Shown: positions 22,935 through 34,828 of the stretch, piece after piece
Numbering within the stretch: position 1 is the stretch's first letter
Layout: the number at the start of each line of letters is the position of its first letter
Source: Ginkgo biloba
Taxonomy: Eukaryota > Plantae > Ginkgophyta
Assembly (NCBI GenBank): GCA_024626585.2
Contig: JANKJI020000002.1
Location: forward strand, 166,429,999-166,467,878
Reading direction: 5' to 3'
Length of the DNA stretch: 37,880 bases
Notes under the pieces: generated by a model
What the model saw: the letters and a program-made list of their open reading frames with translations, nothing else
Databases searched by the model: none
What the model was told of the DNA's origin: nothing
Program-made: the position numbers and the translations under genes

Positions 22935-24118
22935 ATTACATGCTCCAGAGAGGGGTTTTATATAGAAATAACTATCATGGGATATATCTCAGGTTTGTCA
23001 CAATAGAAGAGGCAAACCTAATCATGACCAAATTCCATGAGAAAATAGGAAGTGGACACCCCTCATGTAATACCATGACACACAAGATCTTGCAGGCAAG
23101 GTATTATTATCCTACTCTCTTTAAGGATACTCATACTTATGTCAATACCTACCATCAATGTCAAACCTTTACTAAGAGGGAGAAGCATGTTGTAATTCCC
23201 TTATAGTCAGTCATAGAAGGTAGACCTTTTACCCAATGGGGCCTAGATTTTATTGGGGTGATAAATCCTAACTCTTCTCAGGGACACAAATTTATGCTCA
23301 TAGCCACTGACTATTGTATAAGATGGGTTGAAGTAGTAGCCACTAAGAATAATAGAGTGGAGGTAGTCATCAAATTCTTGGATACAAATATAGTCACAAG
23401 GTTTGATACTCCATTTTAGTTAGTATATGATAATGGCCTAGCTTTCCAATCCATTGAGTTCACTGAGTGGGACTGTGACAATCACATCACCCTGAAATTC
23501 TCCTCTAATTATTATCCCAAAGGTAATGGGTTGGATGAATCCATAAATAATAACATCATTAATGTTATCAAGAAGGAATCTATAAAAAAACTAATGCAAT
23601 GTAACACCCTCCTGAAGTATGCACTATAGGTGGATAGGACTAGAATAAAGGAAACACTCAAAACTTCACCATTCCTACTAGTTTATGGGCAGGACTCAAT
23701 CTTCCCCATCATACTGAAATTGCCTACTTATCAATTCATGCATGATTATATGGTGGAAGGTGATAAAGTAAGAGTTAGGATGATGGACATAATAGAGATG
23801 TAAGAAGCAAGGGATAAGACCCACCAAAAATTTAGTAGGCACCAAGAGGTGGTGAAACAATGGTTTGAAAGGAGAGACAAATTCAAAACATTCAGGATTT
23901 TAGACCTAGTTGTAATGTGGGACAAGGCTTATGAAAAGAAGGGGCAACACTCTAAATTTGATCCCCTCTATATAGGTCCCTATCAAATATCTAAATTCCT
24001 AGGCAATAACACCTTAAGACTAAAATATTTTTTGGTGAATAACCTATCCTTGCTAGTTAATACCCAGCACCTGAAGAACTATTTCATGGATGCATCATCT
24101 CTGTCCCCTTTTCAATAA
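22935..24118 (+). pseudogene. Near full-length degenerate Tat-like Ty3/Gypsy integrase (HHCC, DDE core, GPY/F)
   Basis: Single frame with few stops: 'FHEKIGSGH..KILQARYYYPTLFKD..HQCQ', 'PFTQWGLDFIGVINPNSSQGHKFMLIATDY..WVE', 'DNG', 'SSNYYPKGNGLDES', 'SPFLLVYG', 'KFDPLYIGPYQI', 'VNTQHLKNYF'. Confidence 0.93.
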
Positions 24119-27059
24119 TCATATAAGTGATTATTTTAGAAGTAGAATAGAGTAGTTTATTTTTAGTCATATTTTCTTTCCTCAGTTAGTTTTTAGCTTT
24201 TTGTAGGTTCAAAGTCGATGGTTTCTTAATATAGTTTGTCACTTTCATATAGTTCTATGCTTTCAATAAAATGAAAAATTATTTTAGGATCAACCCTAGT
24301 CTAAGAGTCTCCCAAGTAAATAATAATGTGATGATTGTACTCTTTGCATCAAAGGATTGTACTCCTTAGTATTGGGATTTAGAGGGGGAGTTAGCCTGTT
24401 TGTCATAGGATGGCATCTAGATAGAAACAAGTTCTTTTCCATGATTGAATAAGGAATTGATCTTGAAATTATTGAGTGGATTTAAGAAAATATCATACAC
24501 ACAAGAGAGTTTCAAACACATATTGAGACTAAAAGGATACCTCTTGGAAAATAACAAAAAGAATGGTTAAGCTTTCCCATCCTTTGTTGATTTTGTAGAA
24601 TGAAGCCAAAATTGGTTCTCAACCCTCGAATAAAAGAGGAATTTCAAAAGGGGAGAAATTAGTAAATGAATAAAAAAAGATATGTATGAAATATAAGGTT
24701 TCCTAAAGTTGTCCTTGAAAGGGTTATCAAGTAATCTCCATTGGGGCTATAGATGCATGACTAGCAATGGAGCAAGGCTTAAAGTGGGACCAAAGGTAAC
24801 CCTATCAGGGATATGGATGCCTGGATGGTAGCAAAGAAATTCCTCAGCCTTTCTTTTTAACTGACAATATTGGCCTGATGATCTTTTCCTACTCCAATCT
24901 AAAGTTTTTTTAGAAGGATAAATGAACAAACATGAGAACACACTAATAAGACTCTTATAAGTGTATTGGGATTAGTATGCCACTTAGTAAGGCGAGATGG
25001 AAATATTTGTTATATTATGAATATGCGTGTTGTTTCTTCCTCGATACCTCCCTATGATATTCAGGTATACTAGAATCTTTGAGTTTTAAAACTCTCACGA
25101 TTATTTTCTCCATATGAGTCACCATTTTCTGTTGCTCCAACAAACCCCATTTTCTACTCATAAATTTGGACCCCCTCATTTTTTAGTAATTTATAAGGTG
25201 CCTAGAGTGATTTTCAAAATTGAATGGATCCTCCAAGATGTTCCAAGTTCTTCAAAGGTTACCTTCATTTTTTAATACTATTTTATTACTTGAACTTCAA
25301 CTGCTAGGAGGGTCCATCTTAACCTTCGAGTGTGAACAAATCCCATCTCTGGTTAATTCACCTTCATGCGATGAAAAAATATCGTAGTGCTCTATATATC
25401 CATGTCCCTTAAAAGATAAATCTATTAGTATAAATGTGATGAAGTCACATGGAAAATTCCTTAGTAATATTAAAGGGAAGAATTTATCTTCCACTAGAAT
25501 ACTCCACGTGGCATCTTATTTCATTTTCATGTGTACAAAAGTTCTTTTCACATGTGATTTTGAAGTTGTGTAGATTTAGAGGATGATGCCACATGGAAAT
25601 ATCACATTATATTCCCCCTCATCATGGTTGGAAGCATTGGATTTCCCTTAAAAAATAGTGCATATTCAAATTTACAAGTTGTGCAACATGGCAAGATCTC
25701 GCAACTTACCATTCTATAATGGTAAAATTATCTGGTGGATTTAGTGAAAAGGTTACCAGCCTAGGGTGCACAAGATCATGACATGTGTATGGATGTAAAG
25801 AAACCATAGTTATTATCATTCTAGAAAAAGAGAAGGTATTCTCATAAGGGCTATATATTCAAGGAGCCACGAGATTTTTCCACCTAGCTTAATCTCGGGC
25901 ACTCTCAAATTCAAGGAATGAAACCAAGAGAGGTAGCCCAAAAATGTTGCAGAGTCAAACTTCAAGACATTTTTCCATATACCAAGATCATAATAAGTCG
26001 AATAGGTATAGGGAACAAAGTGGAAAATGTAATTTCAAAATACGGTGGATTCAAAATATGGCATGATCTCATGACCCTCTCCCAACAACATTTAGAAACC
26101 TTTAGGGAAATTGGAATATGGATTGAGACCTAAAATTCCACATGATGGTGATATATATCCTAATCTCAAGGAGTCACAGACATCCCTAAACCATAGAGAG
26201 AAAAAGGGAAATATCAAAAGGGAACACACTCAGGTGATTTGAGATTATGCCACTTGGGTGAATCTTGGATGGTCATAGACCCACACAAGGGGAAAACTCA
26301 AGAATATGGATAGAAAATAACATGAGGATTAGGTATCTAAGATCATTCTAGATGTCTCAATCCCATTCCTTTGCATTAACTACAAGATAAATGAGTGAAA
26401 GAGCTTGTTCACCAAGCCCTTTGATCCTAGACACCACGAGGCATTGCCATGTGTCTTAATCTCAAAACTCCTCAAGGATGTTTAGTGGAATAGTAATAGG
26501 ATTGAATGAAAAGTTTAACCTATTAGGATCTCATAGGATCTCAACTCTGTAATATTGTGCCATGTTCAAGGCCCATTTTCCCATAAAATAAGGCCACTCC
26601 ACTCTCACCCGAGGCTTTATGTCACAGATCTGACCTTAAGCCTACAACCTTGGTTAGTAGTTGGCATATAATTTCTTATCAACCAAACTTAGTACATATA
26701 ATTAAGCACAATAGATAAAAATTAGACATCTTGTAGTAGTAACATGAGTCAACATAAATAATATACTAACATAAAGGTACACAATACCCAATGCAACAAG
26801 GATGACTCATAATAGGATCAAGGTAGGATTGCTAAGGTTAGGACTGGATACCCCCATTGTTTTCCATGAGGAACCCCTCAAGGGATTTTCCATAGCTACC
26901 AACCAAACTTCACGCACCATAAAGGTTCACCCTTAGTCCCATCTCCATGGGTCCATACCCTATGTAGCTAGGAAGAGTGCCAAGGTCTACCTTTAGGCAC
27001 TAGGTGTATCTCTCTCAACTGAGAGACTCCCTCTTAAGATTTTATCATTGAAATTATAA

Positions 27060-27252
27060 TACCCACTATAAGGTGCTAGAAAACCAACAAAACTTTTGTA
27101 ATTGTCCCTAGGAGTCCTATAGTTTGATATCCCCCTCCTCTAAATAATATTTTATGGTTGGACTTATGGTACCCACTGTAAGGTGCTAGCACACCAATGC
27201 AACTTTTGTTCTTGTCCAAAGAGTCCTACAGGTTGCTATCTCCCTCCTCCTA
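27060..27252. repeat. 110-bp-period duplication inside the solo LTR
   Basis: tacccact(a/g)taaggtgctag...aacttttgt...gagtccta...cctcctc starts at 27060 and at 27170. Confidence 0.9.
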
Positions 27253-27267
27253 GTTGTCATGCTTGTA

Positions 27268-27450
27268 CCAAACCTAGTCAGTTATCAGTGTTAGTACTAA
27301 CCCCAACTGATTATCAATGCTAGTACTAACCCTAGTGGGTTATCAGTGATAATACCAACCCTAGCTGGTTATTAGTGCTAGTACCAACCCTAGTAGATTA
27401 TTAATGCTAGTACTGACCCTAGCTAATTATCTTAATAGTGGTACTAGTAT
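27268..27450. repeat. About 6 tandem copies of a 29-bp minisatellite inside the solo LTR
   Basis: Consensus approximately aaccctagctggttatcagtgctagtact. Confidence 0.92.
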
Positions 27451-29779
27451 CCATCATAAGTTAGGGTTTTAGGCATCATACACACTAGACAACCCTACAT
27501 TCATCATTCTATAAGATTCACAACCTTAATACTTAGGGTTCTAGACAGTCATAGAGCTAATCATATGGCCTAGGGGTTATCATGCATCATCTCATATAAA
27601 ACTACAATTACATCATGCATACCCTTACCATAAATCCATCACTAATTATTTCAGTATAATCACACAAGTACCTAATGCATAAAATAAATCCATAATTAAA
27701 ATAATCTACTATCCAGTAGTCCACACATGTCAATTTATCCCTTAGATATAATTCACCTCATTAGAACACATACCTGGGTAGAAATAATGGCCCCATACAT
27801 TTAATAAGGGTCTTACTTGGCAAAGACTAAGTTAGTATCCTCTTTGGCAACATTATAGCTCAATATATCCTTCTCCATAATATTTTCTGTCTCCATAAGC
27901 CTCCAAATCACCTTAACAGAGGTTCATCTTCCATCTAAAAGAGTTTTGGGTCAATTATGCATGTATTATAGCCTCTAGCAGCTCCACAATCCTTCAAAAC
28001 CCTCTAATAGAGGTGCACCTTCATTTCAGCATGAATCTAGGTCTTCCACGACTCAAGAAACCCTATCCAAGTCATAAGAGATTAGTAGAAAAAGTTTGTT
28101 AGCCTTCTGAAAGGATCAGAGTAGAAAAATGGTGCAATAGACGAAGAGAAGACAAGTAGCAAACAAGCAGAAAGAAAGTCGGGTGCATAATTCATAATTT
28201 GGAATGAATGAGAGGCTCCTCTCTAAACCTTCTTTTATACTTCTCTAATAGACATTTCTGCTAAGTCAGTTCAAGCCCTAAAGTCACACCTTTTCACTTT
28301 TCCTTAACAAAAGTGGGTATTTTAACCTTGGTTAGCTGGTGCCTTGGTTTATGGGATCATTTAAGCCCATTTATTGCCTAAAAAGGTGGCGCCTAAGCTT
28401 ACAAAGGCCATTTAATCCTTTTAACCCCCTTTTTAACTCTCATAAAGGTTATATCATCCATAATAACTGCCAGAATACTCAAATAACATACTTTTCTCTC
28501 ATTTTTTCTCTTCCTTAAATCTTTTTAATATAGTTAGAGGTATTTTAACATCCTTAGGTATGAATCATTCATCCAAATCCTTATTTAGGGTTTTCTAAGC
28601 TTGCTTGGCTAACTTTGACTTCCCTTTAGGGTTTCTAATCCTAATTGACCAACTTTGACTTTCCTTTAACCGAGCTTAGAAGTAGGGTTTCCTAGGCTAT
28701 GACACTTTATTATCATTAATTCTATATGAAGATCCTAATTTTCATTATCTCAAGGCTCAAACTAAGGGTGAAAATAGTGTAGCAGATAAATCTTTCTTCA
28801 TAGTTGAGTTATTGATCTAGAGCATCCTATAAGCATCACCACAAGATTCATATTCTCCATGCCTAGACTCTCTAAACCAGTAAGGAAGGATTTATGATTG
28901 ATTAGATCCTGGTGGTATTTCAAATATGTCACCATCATAAGAGTAGAGGAAGTACTTATCTCACCTAACGCATTACCACCCCATATCCCTGATTGCTCGA
29001 TTGCCCTGGAGATAGCGAATTGTTGTAACTATGGTGTCGCAAGAAGGTGAAAGGTGACAAACCAAAAACCATATCCACACCTTTCATTCAAAATAGGCAA
29101 TATCTATTTATGAAACTAACCTACACTATAAAAGAATGCAAGGGAAATAGGGATAATGAACCTAAGAGATAAGGAAATCAGGAGATGTTGGGAGCCTTAT
29201 GGAAGAGTGAGAGATCACCTGGAACCTGTTAAAGATAAGGTGGGAATATATTATCTCCATCAATAGATCTTTGAAGAGGATTGATACTATATATGTCTTA
29301 AAATCTAGAAGGAGGTAGAATTTAGAATAAGATATGTTTAAGAGGCTATGGATACTTTCACCCGNNNNNNNNNNNNNNNNNNNNNNNNNNNNNNNNNNNN
29401 NNNNNNNNNNNNNNNNNNNNNNNNNNNNNNNNNNNNNNNNNNNNNNNNNNNNNNNNNNNNNNNNCATTGGAGAGGGATGAGGTGGCAGGGGAAAGGAAGT
29501 AATGATGAAAGATCACACTCAACATAATGGTGCCAAATTATGTTATAATTTAAGGATGATCAGTTGGTTATGTTAGATTAATGCAGGGAGGAAAAATGTT
29601 AAGAAGCAATAAGGAATCTACGAAATTGATAGTGGGATAAAAAAACACATGTGAGAGAAGGGACTTTATCACTTCTAGAGGATAGTTGTTTAAAATGACT
29701 ACCGTCAGAGTGACAGGTGTCAGATGTTCCTAACTACCTTTGTGATAGAAAAAAAAAGGTAATAAATGGATGGGAAGCA

Positions 29780-30065
29780 AAGTGACTGGTAGGTGACTAG
29801 TTATGAGTGACTAATATAAAGTGACTGGTAGGTGACTAGTACCCCAGTTACAAGTGACTGGTAGGTGACTAGTTATAAGGTGACTAGTTATGAGTGATTG
29901 ATATAAAGTGACTGATACCCTAATTACAAGTGAATGGTATATATATAAAGTGATTGATACCTTAGTTACAAGTGACTAGTATATATATAAAGTGATTGAT
30001 ATTCTAGACTGGTATAAGGTGATTGATATCCTAGTTACGAGTGACTAGTATAAAATTAACTGATG
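29780..30065. repeat. GTGACT-core hierarchical minisatellite
   Basis: agtgactggtaggtgactagt occurs three times, followed by aagtga(c/t)tgata..ctagttacaagtgact units; the GTGA(C/T)T core recurs more than 15 times. Confidence 0.9.
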
Positions 30066-30528
30066 TGAATATAAAAAATTGCACAGTTTTGGTGGAAATA
30101 ATACACACACACATCCACATGCATACACACTTACTAAATTATTATGGATAGTTCTATTAGGTCTGATCTAGAACTTGTAAATTAGGTTCTTAGACCATCC
30201 TCTGAACAAACTGCTCTCTAGTGACTGAATTCTTGTATGGCCAAAGATGATAGTTGTTAACTAGAAATATAGTGCCACTATCATGAATGGTTTTCAATAA
30301 TAAACACACTCACAAAGCCCTAAAAACAAGACAATAATTATCTACATTTATGCATTCTCATTAGTGTGTGATAGATGAGCTTCATTTGCCATTGCAACAC
30401 AGTGATCAACCAACCTTCAGAATAGCTCCATATTTCTTCATAACAAATGGGAAATTTATCTCAGTTATTAATTATTCACTAGTGTCGCTAATCAATGATA
30501 TGTTCGAGGAGAAAGAGTGCACACAATA

Positions 30529-30760
30529 ATTTTCTTGGAATCAAGGAGGACAAGAAATGCCCTGAATTGCTCACAACTTGGTCTTGATCCCTGCCTATAA
30601 TTGGTAATCTGAACTGGATTCCAAAAAAAGCACCAGCATTTAGAAACACCAATTGTCTGGAATTTCAAAGCCATAAATGATCCAAGTCGGATGTGAAGAA
30701 GAAGGATACTACTGGCTTCAATTTCAAAGTGGTAAGAAGCCGAGAATTGTAAGAAAAAGC
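30529..30760 (+). pseudogene. Possible cytochrome P450 N-terminal relic
   Basis: SLPIIGNLN at 30588-30614, preceded after a 1-nt frameshift by IIFLESRRTRNAL and caa-ctt-ggt-ctt, which could be a mutated PPGP. Downstream similarity is weak. Confidence 0.3.
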
Positions 30761-30969
30761 CACAAAATTGATTTNNNNNNNNNNNNNNNNNNNNNNNNNN
30801 NNNNNNNNNNNNNNNNNNNNNNNNNNNNNNNNNNNNNNNNNNNNNNNNNNNNNNNNNNNNNNNNNNNNNNNNNNAAGATTCGCCAAATAAATATATTTAT
30901 ATAAAATAAGCCACTCCTTAAATTTTTCCCTGCCCAGTGGTCCTAGTCCATGGTTAGACTAGTTGGTCT

Positions 30970-33295
30970 ATTTTTTTATTGCCCCTAAACATGTGTAAAT
31001 GGATATAATTCTTGGAGCATGTCAATTCTTGGTTGTTTTTGTTCTTCCTCAATAGTGGTTCCTATAGTGTCTTTTATCCTCATCTATTGCTCCTATTATT
31101 ATTGGTCCATCTACTATTGCTTAGTCTACTACTATTAATCATTCTGCTACTATCTTGATCCCTCTTCTCCTTCTTCCTATTGGTGTCCTTCCTCTTATTG
31201 GGTTTTTGATGGGCCCCCTTCCTTCTCCAAGTCAATTATTATTGGTGGCACTTATGTGTCCTTCTTTTGTTTCTCCCCATCTTCCTTTGTCTATTGTGTT
31301 TCCCTCTCTTTTGTGTGTGCTTTTTCCTTATCCCTTGTCTGACCTTCTGAATGTGTCTATGTGCTGGGCCCTTCAACTTTTTATTTTATTGGTTTCCTAT
31401 TGAGTCCCTCTCCTTCTTCTCCTTCTTATTCTTCTTCTTCACTTAGTAGTGGAGTCTTCCTCTTTTTCTCTTTCTTATCTTTCTTGTCTTTATTCTTCTT
31501 TGGTGTCCTTTTTTATGATACCTCTCCCATAATTATTATTGATTTTGGTAGTCACTCACTTGGGACTTCTTGCAATGTATAGTTGGTTTATCTGTTGTAT
31601 TCTTCCTTAAGTTGTGTCCATATCGCAATGTAAGGAAGTGTTCTACAAGGATTCTTAAATTCTAGACATTTGATTTTTGTTGAGTCTAATTCCAAAAGTA
31701 ATTATATTTCGGGGTTGTCTCCTTAATAGTAGTGTGAATTGAATCCTTGTGGTACCCTCATCATTATGAAGGCCTTGCAATAGAGTTGGTCTTACCAATA
31801 TGATATCATTGCACTATATTTAACCTTCATAGCCTTATCTTGTTGGTGGTCATAGTGCCAAAATGATTGACCAACCAAGATTCTATCTACAGTTCTCGGT
31901 GGTGGAAATTTCAACATAAATAAAGAAATTAATAATTTATCCATGTGAAAGGAACTACCTTTTTTTAGGGATTATTATATGGCATCGTGAATTTATTCCT
32001 CGAGATATTCTACCCATGGATATGGTATTCCTTGGTTGGCGAGATTCTTGATCATCCTGAACCATCCCTTTGGCAGGTCAAATGGTCGACTTGAGTTATA
32101 AAACCACATGCTGAGTATTTTGACCATCCACCTTCTATCATCATAGATGATTATATTGATCATAATACCTTTGTAATTCTTCATCATCTTGTCACCCCCG
32201 CCAAGTTCTTTTATGATGTCATCATGTGAGAAATTCTTAGTCGTTCTTAGTACACTCTTGATATCTCTCTCTAGTTTTGTTGGTAGTCCCATTAGTAGAT
32301 GGATTTGATCCATACCTAATAGAATAGACTTATCAATAAAAACTTTTCAATCATGATATCTCTCTACTAAGAACTTTATTAATTGTTCTTGATCACCAAA
32401 ATAGGGGTTTTCTGCAATCTGTAAAATTCTCAACTTTGCAAGTTTTGAGCTTCCAACATGAGTGTTGGCTCACTCTCTAGTGGGTCTACCCATAATTTAA
32501 TCCACGCTCCATATGCCCATTTGCAAACTTATTATAGAATCATTCTATCCCACTCCTAGGATTCAAACTTTTTCTGTAGTAAAATTTCATGGCATTCATC
32601 CCCTACTTCAAAATACTCTACATGCTTGATTGTAGGGTATATCTCCAAGTATTTATTTGGCATCATGGTTGATTCTCCTTGTTATCTCTTTCTTGGTAAT
32701 TCTTGACCCTTCTTCCCTTTTTTCCTCGATGTGCTTCAAACACCTAATGCTAGCTCTATAATTATTGCTTGTGGGCTCCTCAAACTTCACTTTTCATCTA
32801 TCACTTGGAATAGTAAGTTGGATTTTTGAATCACTTCCTCAAATGACTTGTCAATATCATCATTGGTATTAATGTCATATTTTGTAAATCCTATAGTAGG
32901 TATGCCACATGTCTTGTAATTTATTATATCTTCCACCCTATGCTTCATTTTCCACTCTTGTAATTTTTATAATTCTTCAAAATTGAATTTTTTCTCTTTC
33001 AGTTTCTACTGTGTCTGTCAGTGAATTAGTTATCAAATATCTTTCTCTTTCTATCATCAATATTCTAGTTTCCAGCTAGCTACTTATTGGTCATCTTAAT
33101 GTTGATCTTCTTTTTATCGATCTTCTTATCGTTGATCATCATTTTGTCATCCTTCATTCATATCTCCTTGTTGTTGACATCAACTTACTTCATCATGTTG
33201 ATATTTCCTATCATCGATGACTCTTTCTTTGACAAGGCATTTGTCTATCCTTCTACTACTCTAGTGCTCATTAGATAACTTTAATCATTCATGCA
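30970..33295 (-). pseudogene. Extra ORF downstream of pol (env-like position), function unknown
   Basis: ORF 31993-32313 extends in frame in both directions through isolated stops: 'LQIAENPYFGDQEQLIKFLVERYHD*KVFIDKSILLGMDQIHLLMGLP...YPWVEYLEE*IHDAI**SLKKGSSFHMDKLLISLFMLKFPPP', followed by a K/E-rich tail 'KKNKDKKDKKEKKRK'. The 5' boundary is uncertain. Confidence 0.65.
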
Positions 33296-33764
33296 ATGGT
33301 CACTTGCTTGATTGAGATTCTTTTGGACTTCCTCTCCCCTGTACCTATGGTATTTTATTTTTGGTTCCCTTTTGACACTCTTCATCTCTTGGTCACCTTA
33401 GGCGAATTAATCTTAGCTTTGTTTCAGTCATTTTTCTCCCGTTCCAATGTATAATATTTGCCAAATGTTCTACATTTATAGTTCTCCCCATATTTTTATG
33501 TCTTTATTCAGTTATTTTTTATTTTCTCTTATCGTTATAACTATCATTGGTTATGTAACTTCTTTTTTATCCTTTCTTATCTTGTATGCTCATTGAAAGT
33601 TAGTTAATTACTCCTAGCACAGTGATCTGACTAACATCATAATGGTCTTTGTTCATCTAGGTTTTCCAATATGACACCAACATCCGACATTGTCACTCCT
33701 CTTGGAATGGTTTTCCTTATATGTGAACTTGATTTTTGTTTATCGTCATCATTCTTAAGTGTAA

Positions 33765-34728
33765 AAACTCTTTAACCTTGCACCATTGATAAGGCCTTTG
33801 ATCACCGCCCCTTGTAATATCTGTAGCTTTATAGATCCATTATTGAACAACTAGTGAATGACAAATGATCCATTCCATATATTTGTGAACTTATCAGGCT
33901 TTCCTTTTACCTTACTTTGGTACAAGAGGACAAGATCTCCTTCTTTGAACCTTTTTTATCTTAGGTTCCTATCGTGCCAAGCCTTCTGTCAGGCCTTATC
34001 TACTTGTGTCACCCACTCATCCATTATTTTGTGTTCATCAAGTCAAATTAGGCTTATCAGTCGATGGTTCAATGACTCTTGATTATCCCATCATATGAGA
34101 AATGTGATGCGCAGACTTAGAATGACAAACTCCATAGGGATGGATTCTTCTAATCCATAGACCAATTGGAAAGGTGTATACCCTAAGTTGTTTTATATGC
34201 CCAAAGTACAATAAGTACTTTATCATCCCAATCATTTTTGTCATTCATACATAGTTTATGTAAATAATTCCATAATATCTTGTTGAATGCTTCTACCAAC
34301 CCATTTTCTTGAGGATGGTAGTGTGTAGTTTTCCTATGTTGAATCTAAAACTCCTTCGTTAATTCTTGAATTTTTTGATCTAGGAAGTGAGTACCTTGAT
34401 CACTCATAATCTGGATTAGGCATCCAAAATAAGTGATTATGTTTTCATATAATAATTTGGTAGCTTTCTTTTTTGTACAATCTCTAACTAGAGTTGCCTC
34501 CACCCACCTAGTAATATAGTCTATTACTGTAATAATATAGTGCACTTGTGTTCATTGGGATTGGATGGAAAATGGCTCAACAAATTCTATTATCCATTTT
34601 TCAAATGGGGCTCTCAACAGAATCGACTAGAGTGGCATCTCATCTCTCTGTGTCAGTCAACGCATGCACTAATATTCATCACACTTTTTTACAAACTCAG
34701 TTGCATCCTTATACAATGTATTCCACCA
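33765..34728 (-). pseudogene. Integrase
   Basis: 'WWNTLYKDATEFVKKC', 'YIITVIDYITRWVEA..IMSDQGTHF', 'YHPQENGLVEAFNK', 'TPFQLVYG', 'KAWHDRNL..FKEGDLVLLY'. Confidence 0.93.
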
Positions 34729-34828
34729 NNNNNNNNNNNNNNNNNNNNNNNNNNNNNNNNNNNNNNNNNNNNNNNNNNNNNNNNNNNNNNNNNNNNNNNN
34801 NNNNNNNNNNNNNNNNNNNNNNNNNNNN

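Larger units (their letters stand above)
26620..28704 (-). mobile_element. Solo LTR (2085 bp, Gypsy-type) with 5-bp target-site duplication
   Basis: Termini TGTCACAG (26620) ... CTATGACA (28704), 7/8 inverted match. Flanked on both sides by CTTTA (26615-26619 and 28705-28709). A TATA-like gtataaaag on the minus strand at ~28231-28239 suggests orientation. Confidence 0.88.

Noticed and set aside
27268-27450. 29-bp array as a CRISPR or telomere array
   Set aside because: Head-to-tail units without spacers, not (TTTAGGG)n, and located inside a solo LTR.
28760-29364. Possible antisense extra ORF of the Tat-like element
   Set aside because: About 9 stops in ~200 codons is not clearly better than chance, and no motif was recognised.
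31155-31582. Hydrophobic plus-strand ORFs resembling membrane proteins
   Set aside because: Antisense of the K/E/R-rich tail of the minus-strand extra ORF. The same applies to 33087-33278 and 36623-36955.
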